Positions 20,736-30,922 are shown, counted from the stretch's first letter. The stretch is 64,000 nucleotides of DNA from an uncultured Eubacterium sp. (GCA_946555345.1 CAMNSS010000003.1:8080-72079); one strand, 5' to 3'. A program made the numbers and translations. Notes: a model not told the origin generated them from the sequence alone.

Positions 20736-21695
20736 TCAGCTAAAAAGCCGAATCAGTTCCAGCGTTTCATTATCAATCACGACATTTGATTTCTTTAAAG
20801 CGTTAAAGGTTTCAAAAAAAGCGCTTTTGTTTCTTGTCGCAAAATACAGTTTTAGCTTGCAGGTGTAAGATGGCAATTCGCCAGGATGCTGTTCCGTTAA
20901 TCGCAAGCACCATTTTTCGCATTTTTTATAATCCCTGATTTCCAGCAGCCGCAGGATCACCCCTTCATACCGCCCGGCGGTAAGGCCGGCATCCCCCTTT
21001 TCATAAATCCGCCCAGCGGCTTCTTCCATCATATGCACAAACCGTTTTTGTTCAATCTCAGAAAATACTTTTTGTTTCAAAACCCCGTCCATATAGTCAA
21101 TCATCATTCTTTCGTATTCTGTTCCCTGATCATCTGCCTGTGATTTGTGGTAAAGCTTCTGCACGTTCAGGCGAAAATCATTTAACTGATCGCTCAGCAC
21201 AGATGACGCATAATGCGAAGACTCGGAATCCTCGACATTTAAAGCCATTGCGATGGAAAACAGGGACTCCGTGATGTCGCCTTTCAGCGTATTCAGCATA
21301 GCGATCCGCAAGTTCCTTTTATCGTCGAGGGAAATCGCCTCTTCAATCGGAATCACATTTCGTTCCCGTTCTTCATCTGCTTTTATCTGGATCTTGACAC
21401 GTTCTTTGCTAAAAATAACATCCTCCAGATCCACCTGCGACCAGAAAAACGCCAAACATAACAAGTGTGAAAACAGAAAAAACAAAGGACCAATAACCGG
21501 GCAGATCAGCATAATGATAAACCGAATGAGATAAGTCCTTCTATTCTCATGGAGGCGTTCTGCTGTTTTCCCGCTATTTTTCAACGATCTCACAGAAACA
21601 GCAAATATAGCGTTCCACAGGTAATATGCTAATGCCGCTAGCAGATTAACGATGAGTACAATCAAGAAAATAAATTCCTCTCTTGCCAATATCAT
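20736..21695 (-). CDS. pelE: PelE-like protein
   Basis: Two N-terminal TMs with CPVIGP, then helical region; D-x-ESSHYA motif; operon position. Confidence 0.65.
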   Translation of the reverse strand: MILAREEFIFLIVLIVNLLAALAYYLWNAIFAVSVRSLKNSGKTAERLHENRRTYLIRFIIMLICPVIGPLFFLFSHLLCLAFFWSQVDLEDVIFSKERVKIQIKADEERERNVIPIEEAISLDDKRNLRIAMLNTLKGDITESLFSIAMALNVEDSESSHYASSVLSDQLNDFRLNVQKLYHKSQADDQGTEYERMMIDYMDGVLKQKVFSEIEQKRFVHMMEEAAGRIYEKGDAGLTAGRYEGVILRLLEIRDYKKCEKWCLRLTEQHPGELPSYTCKLKLYFATRNKSAFFETFNALKKSNVVIDNETLELIRLFS

Positions 21696-23902
21696 ACCGC
21701 CAGCTCCTTTCTAGGATGGCTTTCATAACCGGAAATCCGAACGAGGCGGCTTTCATAGCCCAATGCCCGAAAGCGTTCAATGACGACGCCCGCATGCTTG
21801 TCATCCGTATTGGACAACAGCACGTATAGCCCGCCGTCTTTCAGCATTCCCATATAATCGGTCTGCCGCATATTCTGGCTCAGCGCTGCCGCTGCCTGCG
21901 CAGGAGAACCATCTTCTGTCAAGACACGCAAAAGCGTGCATTCCGTCAACCCTTTCGCCCTGGCGTCGAAAAAAGCCCTTACCAAAAGCGTAAATGCATT
22001 TTTGGCCAGCATATTCGTACCTTTCATGTACCGCTGGTCCTTCAAGGTATCCAAATAGCGGTTGGCCCGCAGCACGGCGTTTTGGATTAACCGCCCGATA
22101 ATGGTCAGCTTGTTCGTTTCTGCCAATGTCATGCGCTGCCATGGAAGCCCCCAAACCATCAGAATGAGTTGCATTCGCTCTCCTTCAAAAACAGGGCTTG
22201 CCATCAAAGGCAGCTTATCGTTCATGGTCTTATTGATGAAAACATGATTTGCCTTTAATTCCGCAGACATTTCTTCCATAGCTGTATACGCAATAGAATT
22301 TCCCAGCTTTCTCGCTTCGGGAGACGTTGCGGAAAAAAGCCTTGCATAGTTTTGGTTTGCTACCAGGTAGATTGCGACATCCCTGCTGTCCATCAGCTTT
22401 GCCAATGCCTGCGCAGCATAAAACAGGGTTTCTTCCGGGCTGTACCTGTCCAGGCTGGAGGTGATTTCATAAATCTTTCCCAAACTGTCCTTCTGGTTTA
22501 CGACTTGCCTTTCAAAATTTTGCTTCATCCGTACGTTGCTATCATTAATATTCGAGATATCTTCCAGCTTCCCCCGAAGATAATGCAATTCCTCTTCGTC
22601 GTCTTCCCGAATATGCTGCAGCTGATCCTTCATATAGCCTACGGTCATGCCCAAGATAAAAAGCTGTGCCATCCATACGTATGTATTATGATCCAACAGC
22701 ACATCGAACCCGCTGCGCGTATACATCTGCCGGAAACAATAGCCTGCCACCGACAACAAGCCCGAGAAAATCGCTTGTTGCTGTCCGTGAACGATGGCAA
22801 ACAAAAGCACGTATAACAGATAAAAATCAACTCTGTCAAAAAATTCACTCCCTACAGCCCTGTTATTGAGCATGAAAAAAGGGATGAAACAAACCAAGTT
22901 TTCAATGAAAGGAAGAAGCCTGCCGAAAATGCTCCTCAGATTCTGCTTTAATTTTCCAAACCATCCTGCTCCTGCATCGTCTGCCGTGGAGAAGAAACTG
23001 CTGTAACGTTTTACAAAGTCAGCTACTTTTTTTGCACCTTGCTGGTAATTCGTAAAAATTTTCTGGTCATATTCTTCTTGATAGATTTGCCCGTCCAGCA
23101 CCAGCTTGTAATTTTCACCTATGGAATTGTCGATGATTTCAACGCCTGGTCCCATGCTCTGGCATATCGCTTCCGCAAGCTGCAGTTCCGTAATTTCTTC
23201 CATGGAGGAAATATGGTAAAGAGGCTGTGCCGGCATCTTGTCAACGATCACCTTGTATGCCAATTCCACTGCGTCATTCAAGTACAGCATGGAAAATTTA
23301 TTGCGGCTGCTGGCGGAAATACTGCTGTTTTTAATCGCTTCCATGCACATTTTAAAGCAGGCGTCCTCCTGCTTTTTTCCGCGTTTTGGAATGCCATAGA
23401 CGCCATCAAAGCGCAGAATCAGCGTATCCATACCCTGTGCCTTGCGATAATTTCCACACAAGGACTCCCCCTGCGCTATGGTCAGCGCTTTCAATCCTTT
23501 CGGAGAAATTTCCTCTGTTTCGGGAATATTATTAGCATAAGAATCCCCGTATACTTCCTGGGAAGAAAAATACACAAAACGCCCGCTTCCGCTCAAAGAA
23601 TGAGCGGATAAGAGATTCGTCAGCCCCGCAGTATAACGCATCGATTCCTTCTGCGTCTTACCCCAATCGAAATTGGAATCGTAGCTTCCTAAAAATACTG
23701 TGATTTCCGGCTTTATGCTTTGCAAAATTTCCTGAATGCTGTCATCATCATAAGAAAAATTATATCTTTCATATACATGCCTATAAAACAACTTCTTTTC
23801 CCTGCGCCCCGTGAGCAAAAAAACACGATGACCTGTTTTGTTGAATTTATCGATTAACGCATCCATCATTCTGCTAACGCCGCCAATCAGCAAAACATCC
23901 AT
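21692..23902 (-). CDS. pelD: PelD-like protein: SDR/epimerase-like N-domain, TM region, GAF, degenerate GGDEF with RxxD
   Basis: SDR-like FSSQEVYG and LRFDGVYG; 4 TMs; GAF-like region; C-terminal RQTD I-site without a GGDEF motif. Confidence 0.75.
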   Translation of the reverse strand: MDVLLIGGVSRMMDALIDKFNKTGHRVFLLTGRREKKLFYRHVYERYNFSYDDDSIQEILQSIKPEITVFLGSYDSNFDWGKTQKESMRYTAGLTNLLSAHSLSGSGRFVYFSSQEVYGDSYANNIPETEEISPKGLKALTIAQGESLCGNYRKAQGMDTLILRFDGVYGIPKRGKKQEDACFKMCMEAIKNSSISASSRNKFSMLYLNDAVELAYKVIVDKMPAQPLYHISSMEEITELQLAEAICQSMGPGVEIIDNSIGENYKLVLDGQIYQEEYDQKIFTNYQQGAKKVADFVKRYSSFFSTADDAGAGWFGKLKQNLRSIFGRLLPFIENLVCFIPFFMLNNRAVGSEFFDRVDFYLLYVLLFAIVHGQQQAIFSGLLSVAGYCFRQMYTRSGFDVLLDHNTYVWMAQLFILGMTVGYMKDQLQHIREDDEEELHYLRGKLEDISNINDSNVRMKQNFERQVVNQKDSLGKIYEITSSLDRYSPEETLFYAAQALAKLMDSRDVAIYLVANQNYARLFSATSPEARKLGNSIAYTAMEEMSAELKANHVFINKTMNDKLPLMASPVFEGERMQLILMVWGLPWQRMTLAETNKLTIIGRLIQNAVLRANRYLDTLKDQRYMKGTNMLAKNAFTLLVRAFFDARAKGLTECTLLRVLTEDGSPAQAAAALSQNMRQTDYMGMLKDGGLYVLLSNTDDKHAGVVIERFRALGYESRLVRISGYESHPRKELAV

Positions 23903-23944
23903 TGTTCTATCACCGCCTGCTATACTAATTCACATTCCATTTCA

Positions 23945-24064
23945 TTAACAATTAAACCCGTCCGGATTATTGTTCTGCCAATGCCAGCTATCACGGCACA
24001 TATCCGCTAAGCCATATTCAGCTTTCCAGCCCAAAACCCGCTCCGCTTTTCCCAGGGCTGAAAA
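23945..24064 (-). pseudogene. galE: 3' remnant of UDP-glucose/GlcNAc 4-epimerase
   Basis: Reads FSALGKAERVLGWKAEYGLADMCRDSWHWQNNNPDGFNC*, the typical GalE C-terminus; an in-frame TAA lies immediately upstream and there is no start. Confidence 0.8.
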
Positions 24065-24114
24065 TTAGATTCTTGCTTCCGTTTTTCCCCCGCTTTTTAT
24101 GACATCCTATGACA

Positions 24115-24133
24115 ATTATAATACCCCCCCCCC
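24115..24133 (-). promoter_or_regulatory. Perfect -10 (TATAAT) preceded by a G10 homopolymer, upstream of the pel operon
   Basis: Plus strand ATTATA 24115-20, ATA, C10 24124-33; no clear -35. Confidence 0.4.
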
Positions 24134-24434
24134 AGAAAATGGGGGAGGGGCTGTTTCCCCTCAAAAGCACGGTATCGGTTTCATCCTAACGGAATCTTGC
24201 CATGCGCTCCTTATCCACCTAACCGCCTTCCATGTTTGATCCACAAAATGCTTGTTCACCGAAAAAAACATCGATATGTTCCCAAAACAAACACGGTAAT
24301 TCTTAGCAGTTCTTACGTGTATATTAGCATATGCATTACCGAAAGTAAAGTGCTAATCTGGGATTTTGCACAAAAAAGATGGGGGTTATCGGCCGATAAC
24401 TCCCATCTTAAAACCATGCCTTATTTCCGCCCGC

Positions 24435-25370
24435 TTACAAAACGCCCTTCTCCCGATGGTACGCCTTCGCCATGATGCAGTCGCTCTTGATCTGGCCGCT
24501 CAACTGCTCGACGCTGTCGAACTTCCGCTCTTCCCGCGTGCGTTTTATAAACTCCACTTTAATATGCTTGCCGTACAGCTCCTTGTCGAAGTTAAAAATA
24601 TGCGTTTCCACATTCTTGTTATATGTTCCGATCGTCGGTTTATGCCCCACATTAGTGATGCTCGGGTACTTCACGCCGTTGTAATTGCAATAAGTGATAT
24701 ACACGCCGTTTGGCGGTGCGGCCATCGTTTCATCGAGCACGAGATTAGACGTCGGAAACCCGATGGTCCTGCCCAGCTTGTTCCCTACGACCACTTCGCC
24801 GCCGATCGCGTACATCCTGCCCATAAACCTGGCGCATTCCTCCATGCTTCCTTCTTCGATCAGCTTCCGGATATACGTGCTGCTGACGATGATATCATCG
24901 ATTTTGTAAGGCGCTTGCACATGGATGGCAAACCCTTTTTTCAAGCCCTCCCGCATCAAAAGCTCCGGTGTTCCCGCCGCCTTATGCCCGAAGCTGTAAT
25001 TGAACCCGCAATACGCCTCCCGGATCATGAATGTTTCCACCAAAATCTCGTCAATAAACTGCACCGGCGGCATATGGAGGATTTCCTGCGTGAAGGGAAT
25101 GTTAAACAGGTAATCAATGCCCATTTCTTCCATGATCGCAGCTTTTTCTTCCGCATAGAGAATATTTTTCACCGCTGGCAATTTTTTCAATAAAGTCCTC
25201 GTGTGGTTTGAAAACGTAAAAACGGCGCTTTTCAGGCCTGCCGCCTCTGCGCTCTTCACCGTCCTGTTGATGACCTGCTGGTGGCCCTTATGCACGCCGT
25301 CAAAATTTCCCAGAGCCACCACCGTTGGTTCTATCTCTTTCACTTCTTCCAATGAATTGAAAATTTTCAT
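24435..25370 (-). CDS. ribF: Bifunctional riboflavin kinase/FAD synthetase
   Basis: LGNFDGVHKGHQ, FSFG-like YSFG, ISST-like VSST, GRTIGFPT, VETHIF. Confidence 0.95.
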   Translation of the reverse strand: MKIFNSLEEVKEIEPTVVALGNFDGVHKGHQQVINRTVKSAEAAGLKSAVFTFSNHTRTLLKKLPAVKNILYAEEKAAIMEEMGIDYLFNIPFTQEILHMPPVQFIDEILVETFMIREAYCGFNYSFGHKAAGTPELLMREGLKKGFAIHVQAPYKIDDIIVSSTYIRKLIEEGSMEECARFMGRMYAIGGEVVVGNKLGRTIGFPTSNLVLDETMAAPPNGVYITYCNYNGVKYPSITNVGHKPTIGTYNKNVETHIFNFDKELYGKHIKVEFIKRTREERKFDSVEQLSGQIKSDCIMAKAYHREKGVL

Positions 25371-25502
25371 TTCTAGTCCTCTTTACCATCTGCACAAAGA
25401 TTATCCTGCAAAACCTAACTGCACAAAAAGCTCCGCCCGCAATTCTTTTTATGAAAGGCAGGCCGCTAATAGACTTATGCCCCGCCGCCTGCTGGCCAAG
25501 CT

Positions 25503-26495
25503 CTACTTTACCGCCTGCTGGCCGGCCGTTAAAATCTTATCTGCTTTCAAAAGGTTCTCCTTCTGGTCATAATAGCCGACGCCCAGGAACAGGCTCGTAT
25601 CCGAACAGTACACACGATACAAGCTGCCGTAGCTGCGCCCCCGCTTATTGAGCCGTCCGCTGTCCGTGACCTTTGGCGTTTCCAGCACGGTCACCTGATT
25701 CCAGCGGATACTATTTCCCATAGCAAAATATTTCGCCCTGTCAGAAGGCATACACGCCTTGCCCAAAAAAACAAGCGGCTGGTCGATATCCACCATAAGC
25801 GTTTCGATTTCCCCCGCCTCCATCGTTTTCAACGCTTCCGGGCTTATGCTGTGCGCAAGCCGGAACACCCCGCTGGCCGTCCTGGTAAGCTGCGACATGG
25901 TTGCGCCGCATCCCAGAGCCTGCCCAAAATCGCTGCAGATCGTCCTTATGTATGTGCCTTTGGAACAGGATACTTCAAAGGAAACCTCGCCGTTTTCCAA
26001 ATCGATATCCTCGATCGCCAGGGAATTGATAAAAACCCTGCGCGGCTTCGCCTCCACCTCGATCCCTTTCCTGGCGTATTCATAGAGCCGTTTTCCGTCC
26101 ACCTTGACCGCTGAATAGCGCGGCGGGGTCTGTTCGATCTCCCCATGGAAAGCGCCCAATGCTTTTCGCACCGCATCCTCCGTGATCCCGGAAAAATCTT
26201 TTTCCGCCAAAACCTGTCCCCAGATATCCTGCGTGTCCGTGACAAGCCCTAGCTTGGCCGTGCAGCGATACGTTTTTTCATCCAAGTCGGTATACTCCAT
26301 CAGCCTGGTCGCTTTGCCGATGAAAACCGGCAGAACGCCGCAAGCCATTGGATCGAGCGTACCGCCATGCCCGGCCTTCTTCACGCCAGCTTTCCGCAGT
26401 ACGCTGCGGCAAACCGCCACGCAGTCATGGGACGTCCAGTTCTGCGGTTTATTCAAGACCAATATCCCGTCCTTCATTTTCCTTGATTCTCCCAA
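25503..26495 (-). CDS. truB: tRNA pseudouridine-55 synthase
   Basis: GHGGTLDP, PPRYSAVKVDGKRLYEYAR, CSKGTYIRT. Confidence 0.97.
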   Translation of the reverse strand: MGESRKMKDGILVLNKPQNWTSHDCVAVCRSVLRKAGVKKAGHGGTLDPMACGVLPVFIGKATRLMEYTDLDEKTYRCTAKLGLVTDTQDIWGQVLAEKDFSGITEDAVRKALGAFHGEIEQTPPRYSAVKVDGKRLYEYARKGIEVEAKPRRVFINSLAIEDIDLENGEVSFEVSCSKGTYIRTICSDFGQALGCGATMSQLTRTASGVFRLAHSISPEALKTMEAGEIETLMVDIDQPLVFLGKACMPSDRAKYFAMGNSIRWNQVTVLETPKVTDSGRLNKRGRSYGSLYRVYCSDTSLFLGVGYYDQKENLLKADKILTAGQQAVK

Positions 26496-27451
26496 TAAGC
26501 CGTCATTTCCCGTTTCATTACCTCCACGGCCTCCGCAAGCGGCAGATGAATCGTACAGCCCGCCGCCTTTGCATGGCCGCCGCCGCCGAATTTCGCCGCA
26601 ATCTGATGCACATTAGAGAAAGATTTCGCCCGCATGGAAACCCGCACGCTATCATCTTGTTCTTTTAAGAATGCCGCCATCTCCACGCCTTCTATATTGC
26701 GCAACAAATCGACGCTTCCTTCCGCATCATCCAGGCTCGCTGAAAGCGCTTGCATCATTTCATTTGAAACATAAGAAATTGCCGCCTTCCCATCCGCCAG
26801 CACTTCCATGCGCTCCAGGATTTCCGCCTGGAGCTGTACGGTTTTCAACGGAACGGTCTGGTATAACCGCACCATGATGCCCGTATGGTCAATGCCCTTT
26901 TCAAAGAGCTTCGCCGCAATGGCGTGTGTTTCGGCGGTCGTATTGGAAAACTGGAATCCTCCCGTGTCGGTGCTGATTCCAATGTAAATGGACTCCGCAA
27001 TGACCTGATCGATCTCCGCCTCCATCGCTAAAAGAAGCTTATAGATAATCTGCGCAGTCGCCGCTTCATCGCCATCGATATAATAGTAATCCCCGAATCC
27101 TTCCCCCGTGACATGGTGGTCGATGCAGACCCGCACCTTTCCAGCCTTGTACTTGGCCGCCCGCTTTGGCATCCGACTTTCCTCGCTGCAATCAACGCAA
27201 ATGCAAAGATCCGGCTGCATGATGCAATCCGCATCTTTCGTGCAAAACGCCGTGTCCATGAAGCTGATATACGACGGGATTTCCCCCTCAAGCAAAATCC
27301 AAGCATCCTTTTTCTGGTTGCGTAATGCGCGGCAGAGAGCCGCCGCCGATCCCAGCGCATCCCCGTCTACGTTAATATGCGGAAAAATCAAGATGCTCTG
27401 TGCGGGCTTTAACAGGCCAGCTATTTTTTCCAGCGATGCATTGCTCTTCAT
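26474..27451 (-). CDS. nrnA: DHH/DHHA1 phosphoesterase (NrnA-like nanoRNase/pAp phosphatase)
   Basis: H-x2-DGDALGS, IDHH, TDTG, FGGGGHAKAAG. Confidence 0.88.
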   Translation of the reverse strand: MKSNASLEKIAGLLKPAQSILIFPHINVDGDALGSAAALCRALRNQKKDAWILLEGEIPSYISFMDTAFCTKDADCIMQPDLCICVDCSEESRMPKRAAKYKAGKVRVCIDHHVTGEGFGDYYYIDGDEAATAQIIYKLLLAMEAEIDQVIAESIYIGISTDTGGFQFSNTTAETHAIAAKLFEKGIDHTGIMVRLYQTVPLKTVQLQAEILERMEVLADGKAAISYVSNEMMQALSASLDDAEGSVDLLRNIEGVEMAAFLKEQDDSVRVSMRAKSFSNVHQIAAKFGGGGHAKAAGCTIHLPLAEAVEVMKREMTAYWENQGK

Positions 27452-27855
27452 GATTCTTCCTCGCCATGCAATTCGTCCTCGTCATGCGGAATATCCAGAC
27501 CGTCTATGATTTCAGATATATGCCTGCCGTATTCCATCGATTTATCGATTTTAAAGATCAAGTCCGGCACGTGCCTGAGCTTAACCTGCCTGCCGATTTC
27601 CTTACGGATAAAGCCCTTCGCATTCCGCAAGGCTTCCAGGGTTTCCTGCTGCTGGGATTCCGCTTTTTTTTCCTCTGGATTCAGCCCCAGCACCGAAAGG
27701 TATACCGTCGCATAGCTTCCGTCGCTGGTTACTTCTACTGCCGTTATGCTGATCATGGCAGACAGCCTAGGATCTTTCAGCTCCCGCAAAAGCAACTCAC
27801 TTATGAGCCGCCGAATTTCCTCACCCAGCCTTCCCTGTCTGTGTCCTTTGCCCAT
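27448..27855 (-). CDS. rbfA: Ribosome-binding factor A
   Basis: LKDPRL, LRHVPDLIF, operon position. Confidence 0.96.
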   Translation of the reverse strand: MGKGHRQGRLGEEIRRLISELLLRELKDPRLSAMISITAVEVTSDGSYATVYLSVLGLNPEEKKAESQQQETLEALRNAKGFIRKEIGRQVKLRHVPDLIFKIDKSMEYGRHISEIIDGLDIPHDEDELHGEEES

Positions 27856-27863
27856 ATGGCCTC

Positions 27864-30800
27864 CTAATTTCTCTCAATTTCTTCCATGGTGAAGCATTCG
27901 ATGACATCGCCTTCTTTGATATCGTTGTAATTCTCGATGCCGATCCCGCACTCATAACCCTGTGCGACTTCCCTTGCATCATCCTTGAACCGCTTGAGGG
28001 ATGCGATCTTGCCTTCGTGGATCACGATCCCGTCCCGCACGAGGCGTACCTGCTCGTTTCTGACCACTTTACCGTCCGTCACATAAGCGCCGCCTACGAT
28101 GCCAACACCCGGAACTTTGAACGTATTTCTTATTTCTACTGTTCCCAGAATCACTTCTTTAAATTCAGGATCCAACATACCCTTCATGGCATTTTCTACA
28201 TCGTCGATGATATCGTAAATAACCCTGTAGGACCTGATCTGGATACCTTCCCGCTCCGCAATGGCGGCAACCGCTGCGGAAGGCCTTACATTAAAGCCGA
28301 TGATAATCGAACCTGACGTTCCCGCCAGCATGATATCCGATTCATTGACTGTCCCTACGCCAGTATGGACGATTCTAACCCGTACTTTTTCATTGGACAG
28401 TTTTTCAAGCGATGATACGATCGCACCGACAGAGCCCTGCACGTCGCCTTTTATGATCAAGTTCAGTTCCTTGACCTCGCCTTCCTGGATCTGGCTGAAC
28501 AGTTCTTCCAGCGTCGTGCTCGCATTTCTTGCCAGCACTTCTTCCCGAAGCTTTAACTGTCTCTTTTCTGCGATTTCCCGCGCTGTGCGGTCATCCTTCA
28601 CCGCATTGAACACATCGCCTGCCTGCGGGACTTCCGTCAGTCCCAAAACCTCAACCGCCGTAGCAGGGCCTGCCAAGCGGACCTTTTCGCCCTTGTCGTT
28701 TGTCATCAGCCTGATCTTTCCGGAACAAGTCCCGGCAACAATGCTCTTTCCTGATTTCAGCGTACCGTTGAGTACCAAAAGGCTTGCCACAGGACCCTTC
28801 GCCTTATCCAGCCGGGCTTCCAATACGGTACCCAGCGCCAGCCGGTCAGGGTTTGCCTTTAATTCAAGCACTTCTGCTTGCAGTAATATCATTTCCAGGA
28901 GGTTTACGATGCCTTCGCCCGTCTTCGCCGACACGGGAACGCTGATTACTTCCCCGCCCCAGTCTTCGACCAATATGCCGTTGTTCGCCAAGTCGCTCTT
29001 CACCACATCGGGATTCGCACCCGGTTTATCGATCTTATTGATCGCAACGATGATCGGGACGCCCGCCGCCTTCGCATGGCTGATAGACTCGACCGTCTGC
29101 GGCTTCACGCTGTCATCCGCCGCTACGACCAGCACTGCGATATCGGTCGAATGCGCGCCCCTTGCCCGCATCGCCGTAAATGCTTCGTGTCCCGGCGTAT
29201 CGAGGAATACGATCTTCTGCCCGTTGATTTCAACCTCGGACGCACCGATGTGCTGCGTAATGCCGCCTGATTCCTGCGCCGTAACGTTCGTCTTCCTGAT
29301 CGCGTCAAGCAATGAAGTCTTGCCGTGGTCTACGTGTCCCATAACGGTAATGATCGGCGCTCTCGGTTTCAGATCCGCTTCCTTATCCTCAAAATCTTCG
29401 ATGCCTTCTTCCTTCGTTTCCTCCTTGACCTTGCCGATGGCTACTTGGATGCCCATTTCCTCTGCCAAAAGCACGACGGTATCCTCATCGAGATTCTGGT
29501 TCACATTGGCCATAACGCCCATCTTCATCAGCGTCATGATGATCTGTGAAACAGTGGTCTTCGTCTGCTCCGCAAAACCTGCTACAGTAATCGGCACGTT
29601 GATGAGAACGGTTCCTACCGGCAATACAACTTCTTCCACTTCCGGTTCAGGCGCAGCCTTCGGTTTATTGCTCCTCTTATTGCGCACCTGTTTTTCAAGG
29701 GATTTCGGCTGATGCCTGGATGTTTTCTTGCCGCCTCTTTCTAGCTTGGCGAACTTATCCCGCTCCTTGTCCTTTTCCCTGCTTTTCTTATCGCCTCGTC
29801 CCATGCCCGGCTTGCTGCCCATCATGTCAGACGCTGGCTTATCGTCCCGCCTTGCCGCAGGCCTTGCCGGTCTTTCCGGCCTGCCGCTGCGCTCCGTCTT
29901 ATCCCGTCTCCTGTCAGGGCGTCCATCCGTTCTTCGCTCACCCGGCTTCCTGCCGTCCGCCCTGCGGTCGGAAGGATTTCTGTCCGCACCTGTCCTGCGG
30001 TCGGAAGATTTCCTGTCGGCTCGTTTCTTCAGCCGTTCTTCCTTCCTTTCGGCAGCCCTTTTCTCCGCTTCCCGTTTTTCTGCTGCCCTTCGTTCCGCCG
30101 CCTCGGCATCTTCACGCCTCACATCCTCTGCCCGCTTAACGATTTTAAGCCTGCTGAGCCGCCTAGGCGCTTCCTTGCGTACTGGTTCTGCTTTTTCAGG
30201 CGTTGGCGCGGCGTCTGCTCCTTTTGCTTCTGATTCTTTTGGCGCTGCTGTCTTAGCATCCTTTGCTTCCTTCACGGCCTTCGCATCCCCGGCTTCCCTT
30301 GCCGCTTCTGCCGCCTTGCTTTCCTTTTCTTCTTTCGTTTCTTTGGCGTCCGCAGGCCGTGCCATTTCTTCCTTAGGCTTCCCAGCAGGATCTGACTTCC
30401 CGTCAGGCGTTTTTTCAATTTTTTCCGGTGCGGCTTTCGCTTCTGCCTGTGCGAGTTTTTCTCTCTTTTCTGCTTCTTCCCTGGCTAATCGTTCTTCCAG
30501 CATCGCTTTTGATACAACAGGTTTTCCAACAGGCGGTTTTGGCCTTCCTTCAACCTCCTTGGGAACAATCGGCTTTCCAACAGGTGGTTTCGCTGTCGTC
30601 TGCTTAACGGAGGATTTTGCAGATGCTTTCGCTGTTTTCTTGACTTCTGGAAGCTTGATATTCGCGGCTTTAACCGTTACTTTCGGTTCGTCGCCCTTCT
30701 TTTCTTTTTCTGATTTTTTAGCCTTTGCCCTGACCACTTTCGTCTCGGTATGCGTACCGCTCCTCATAATCGTATTTTTTACCGCAGTCGCATCGATCGC

Positions 30801-30908
30801 TGACAGCTCATCGCTTATCTTTGACACGCTGATATTCATGGATTTCGCTTTTTCAAGCACCTCTTTCCCGGTCAAATTAAGCTCTGCCGCCAGATCCTTT
30901 ATTTTCAT
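27864..30908 (-). CDS. infB: Translation initiation factor IF-2
   Basis: GHVDHGKTSLLD, DTPGHEAF, NKID, GYECG; long charged N-terminus; start after AAGGAGG. Confidence 0.98.
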   Translation of the reverse strand: MKIKDLAAELNLTGKEVLEKAKSMNISVSKISDELSAIDATAVKNTIMRSGTHTETKVVRAKAKKSEKEKKGDEPKVTVKAANIKLPEVKKTAKASAKSSVKQTTAKPPVGKPIVPKEVEGRPKPPVGKPVVSKAMLEERLAREEAEKREKLAQAEAKAAPEKIEKTPDGKSDPAGKPKEEMARPADAKETKEEKESKAAEAAREAGDAKAVKEAKDAKTAAPKESEAKGADAAPTPEKAEPVRKEAPRRLSRLKIVKRAEDVRREDAEAAERRAAEKREAEKRAAERKEERLKKRADRKSSDRRTGADRNPSDRRADGRKPGERRTDGRPDRRRDKTERSGRPERPARPAARRDDKPASDMMGSKPGMGRGDKKSREKDKERDKFAKLERGGKKTSRHQPKSLEKQVRNKRSNKPKAAPEPEVEEVVLPVGTVLINVPITVAGFAEQTKTTVSQIIMTLMKMGVMANVNQNLDEDTVVLLAEEMGIQVAIGKVKEETKEEGIEDFEDKEADLKPRAPIITVMGHVDHGKTSLLDAIRKTNVTAQESGGITQHIGASEVEINGQKIVFLDTPGHEAFTAMRARGAHSTDIAVLVVAADDSVKPQTVESISHAKAAGVPIIVAINKIDKPGANPDVVKSDLANNGILVEDWGGEVISVPVSAKTGEGIVNLLEMILLQAEVLELKANPDRLALGTVLEARLDKAKGPVASLLVLNGTLKSGKSIVAGTCSGKIRLMTNDKGEKVRLAGPATAVEVLGLTEVPQAGDVFNAVKDDRTAREIAEKRQLKLREEVLARNASTTLEELFSQIQEGEVKELNLIIKGDVQGSVGAIVSSLEKLSNEKVRVRIVHTGVGTVNESDIMLAGTSGSIIIGFNVRPSAAVAAIAEREGIQIRSYRVIYDIIDDVENAMKGMLDPEFKEVILGTVEIRNTFKVPGVGIVGGAYVTDGKVVRNEQVRLVRDGIVIHEGKIASLKRFKDDAREVAQGYECGIGIENYNDIKEGDVIECFTMEEIERN

Positions 30909-30922
30909 ATGCACTTCCTCCT

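Noticed and set aside
23903-24434. c-di-GMP riboswitch upstream of pelD
   Set aside because: No GEMM-like motif recognised; the proximal part is a galE remnant.
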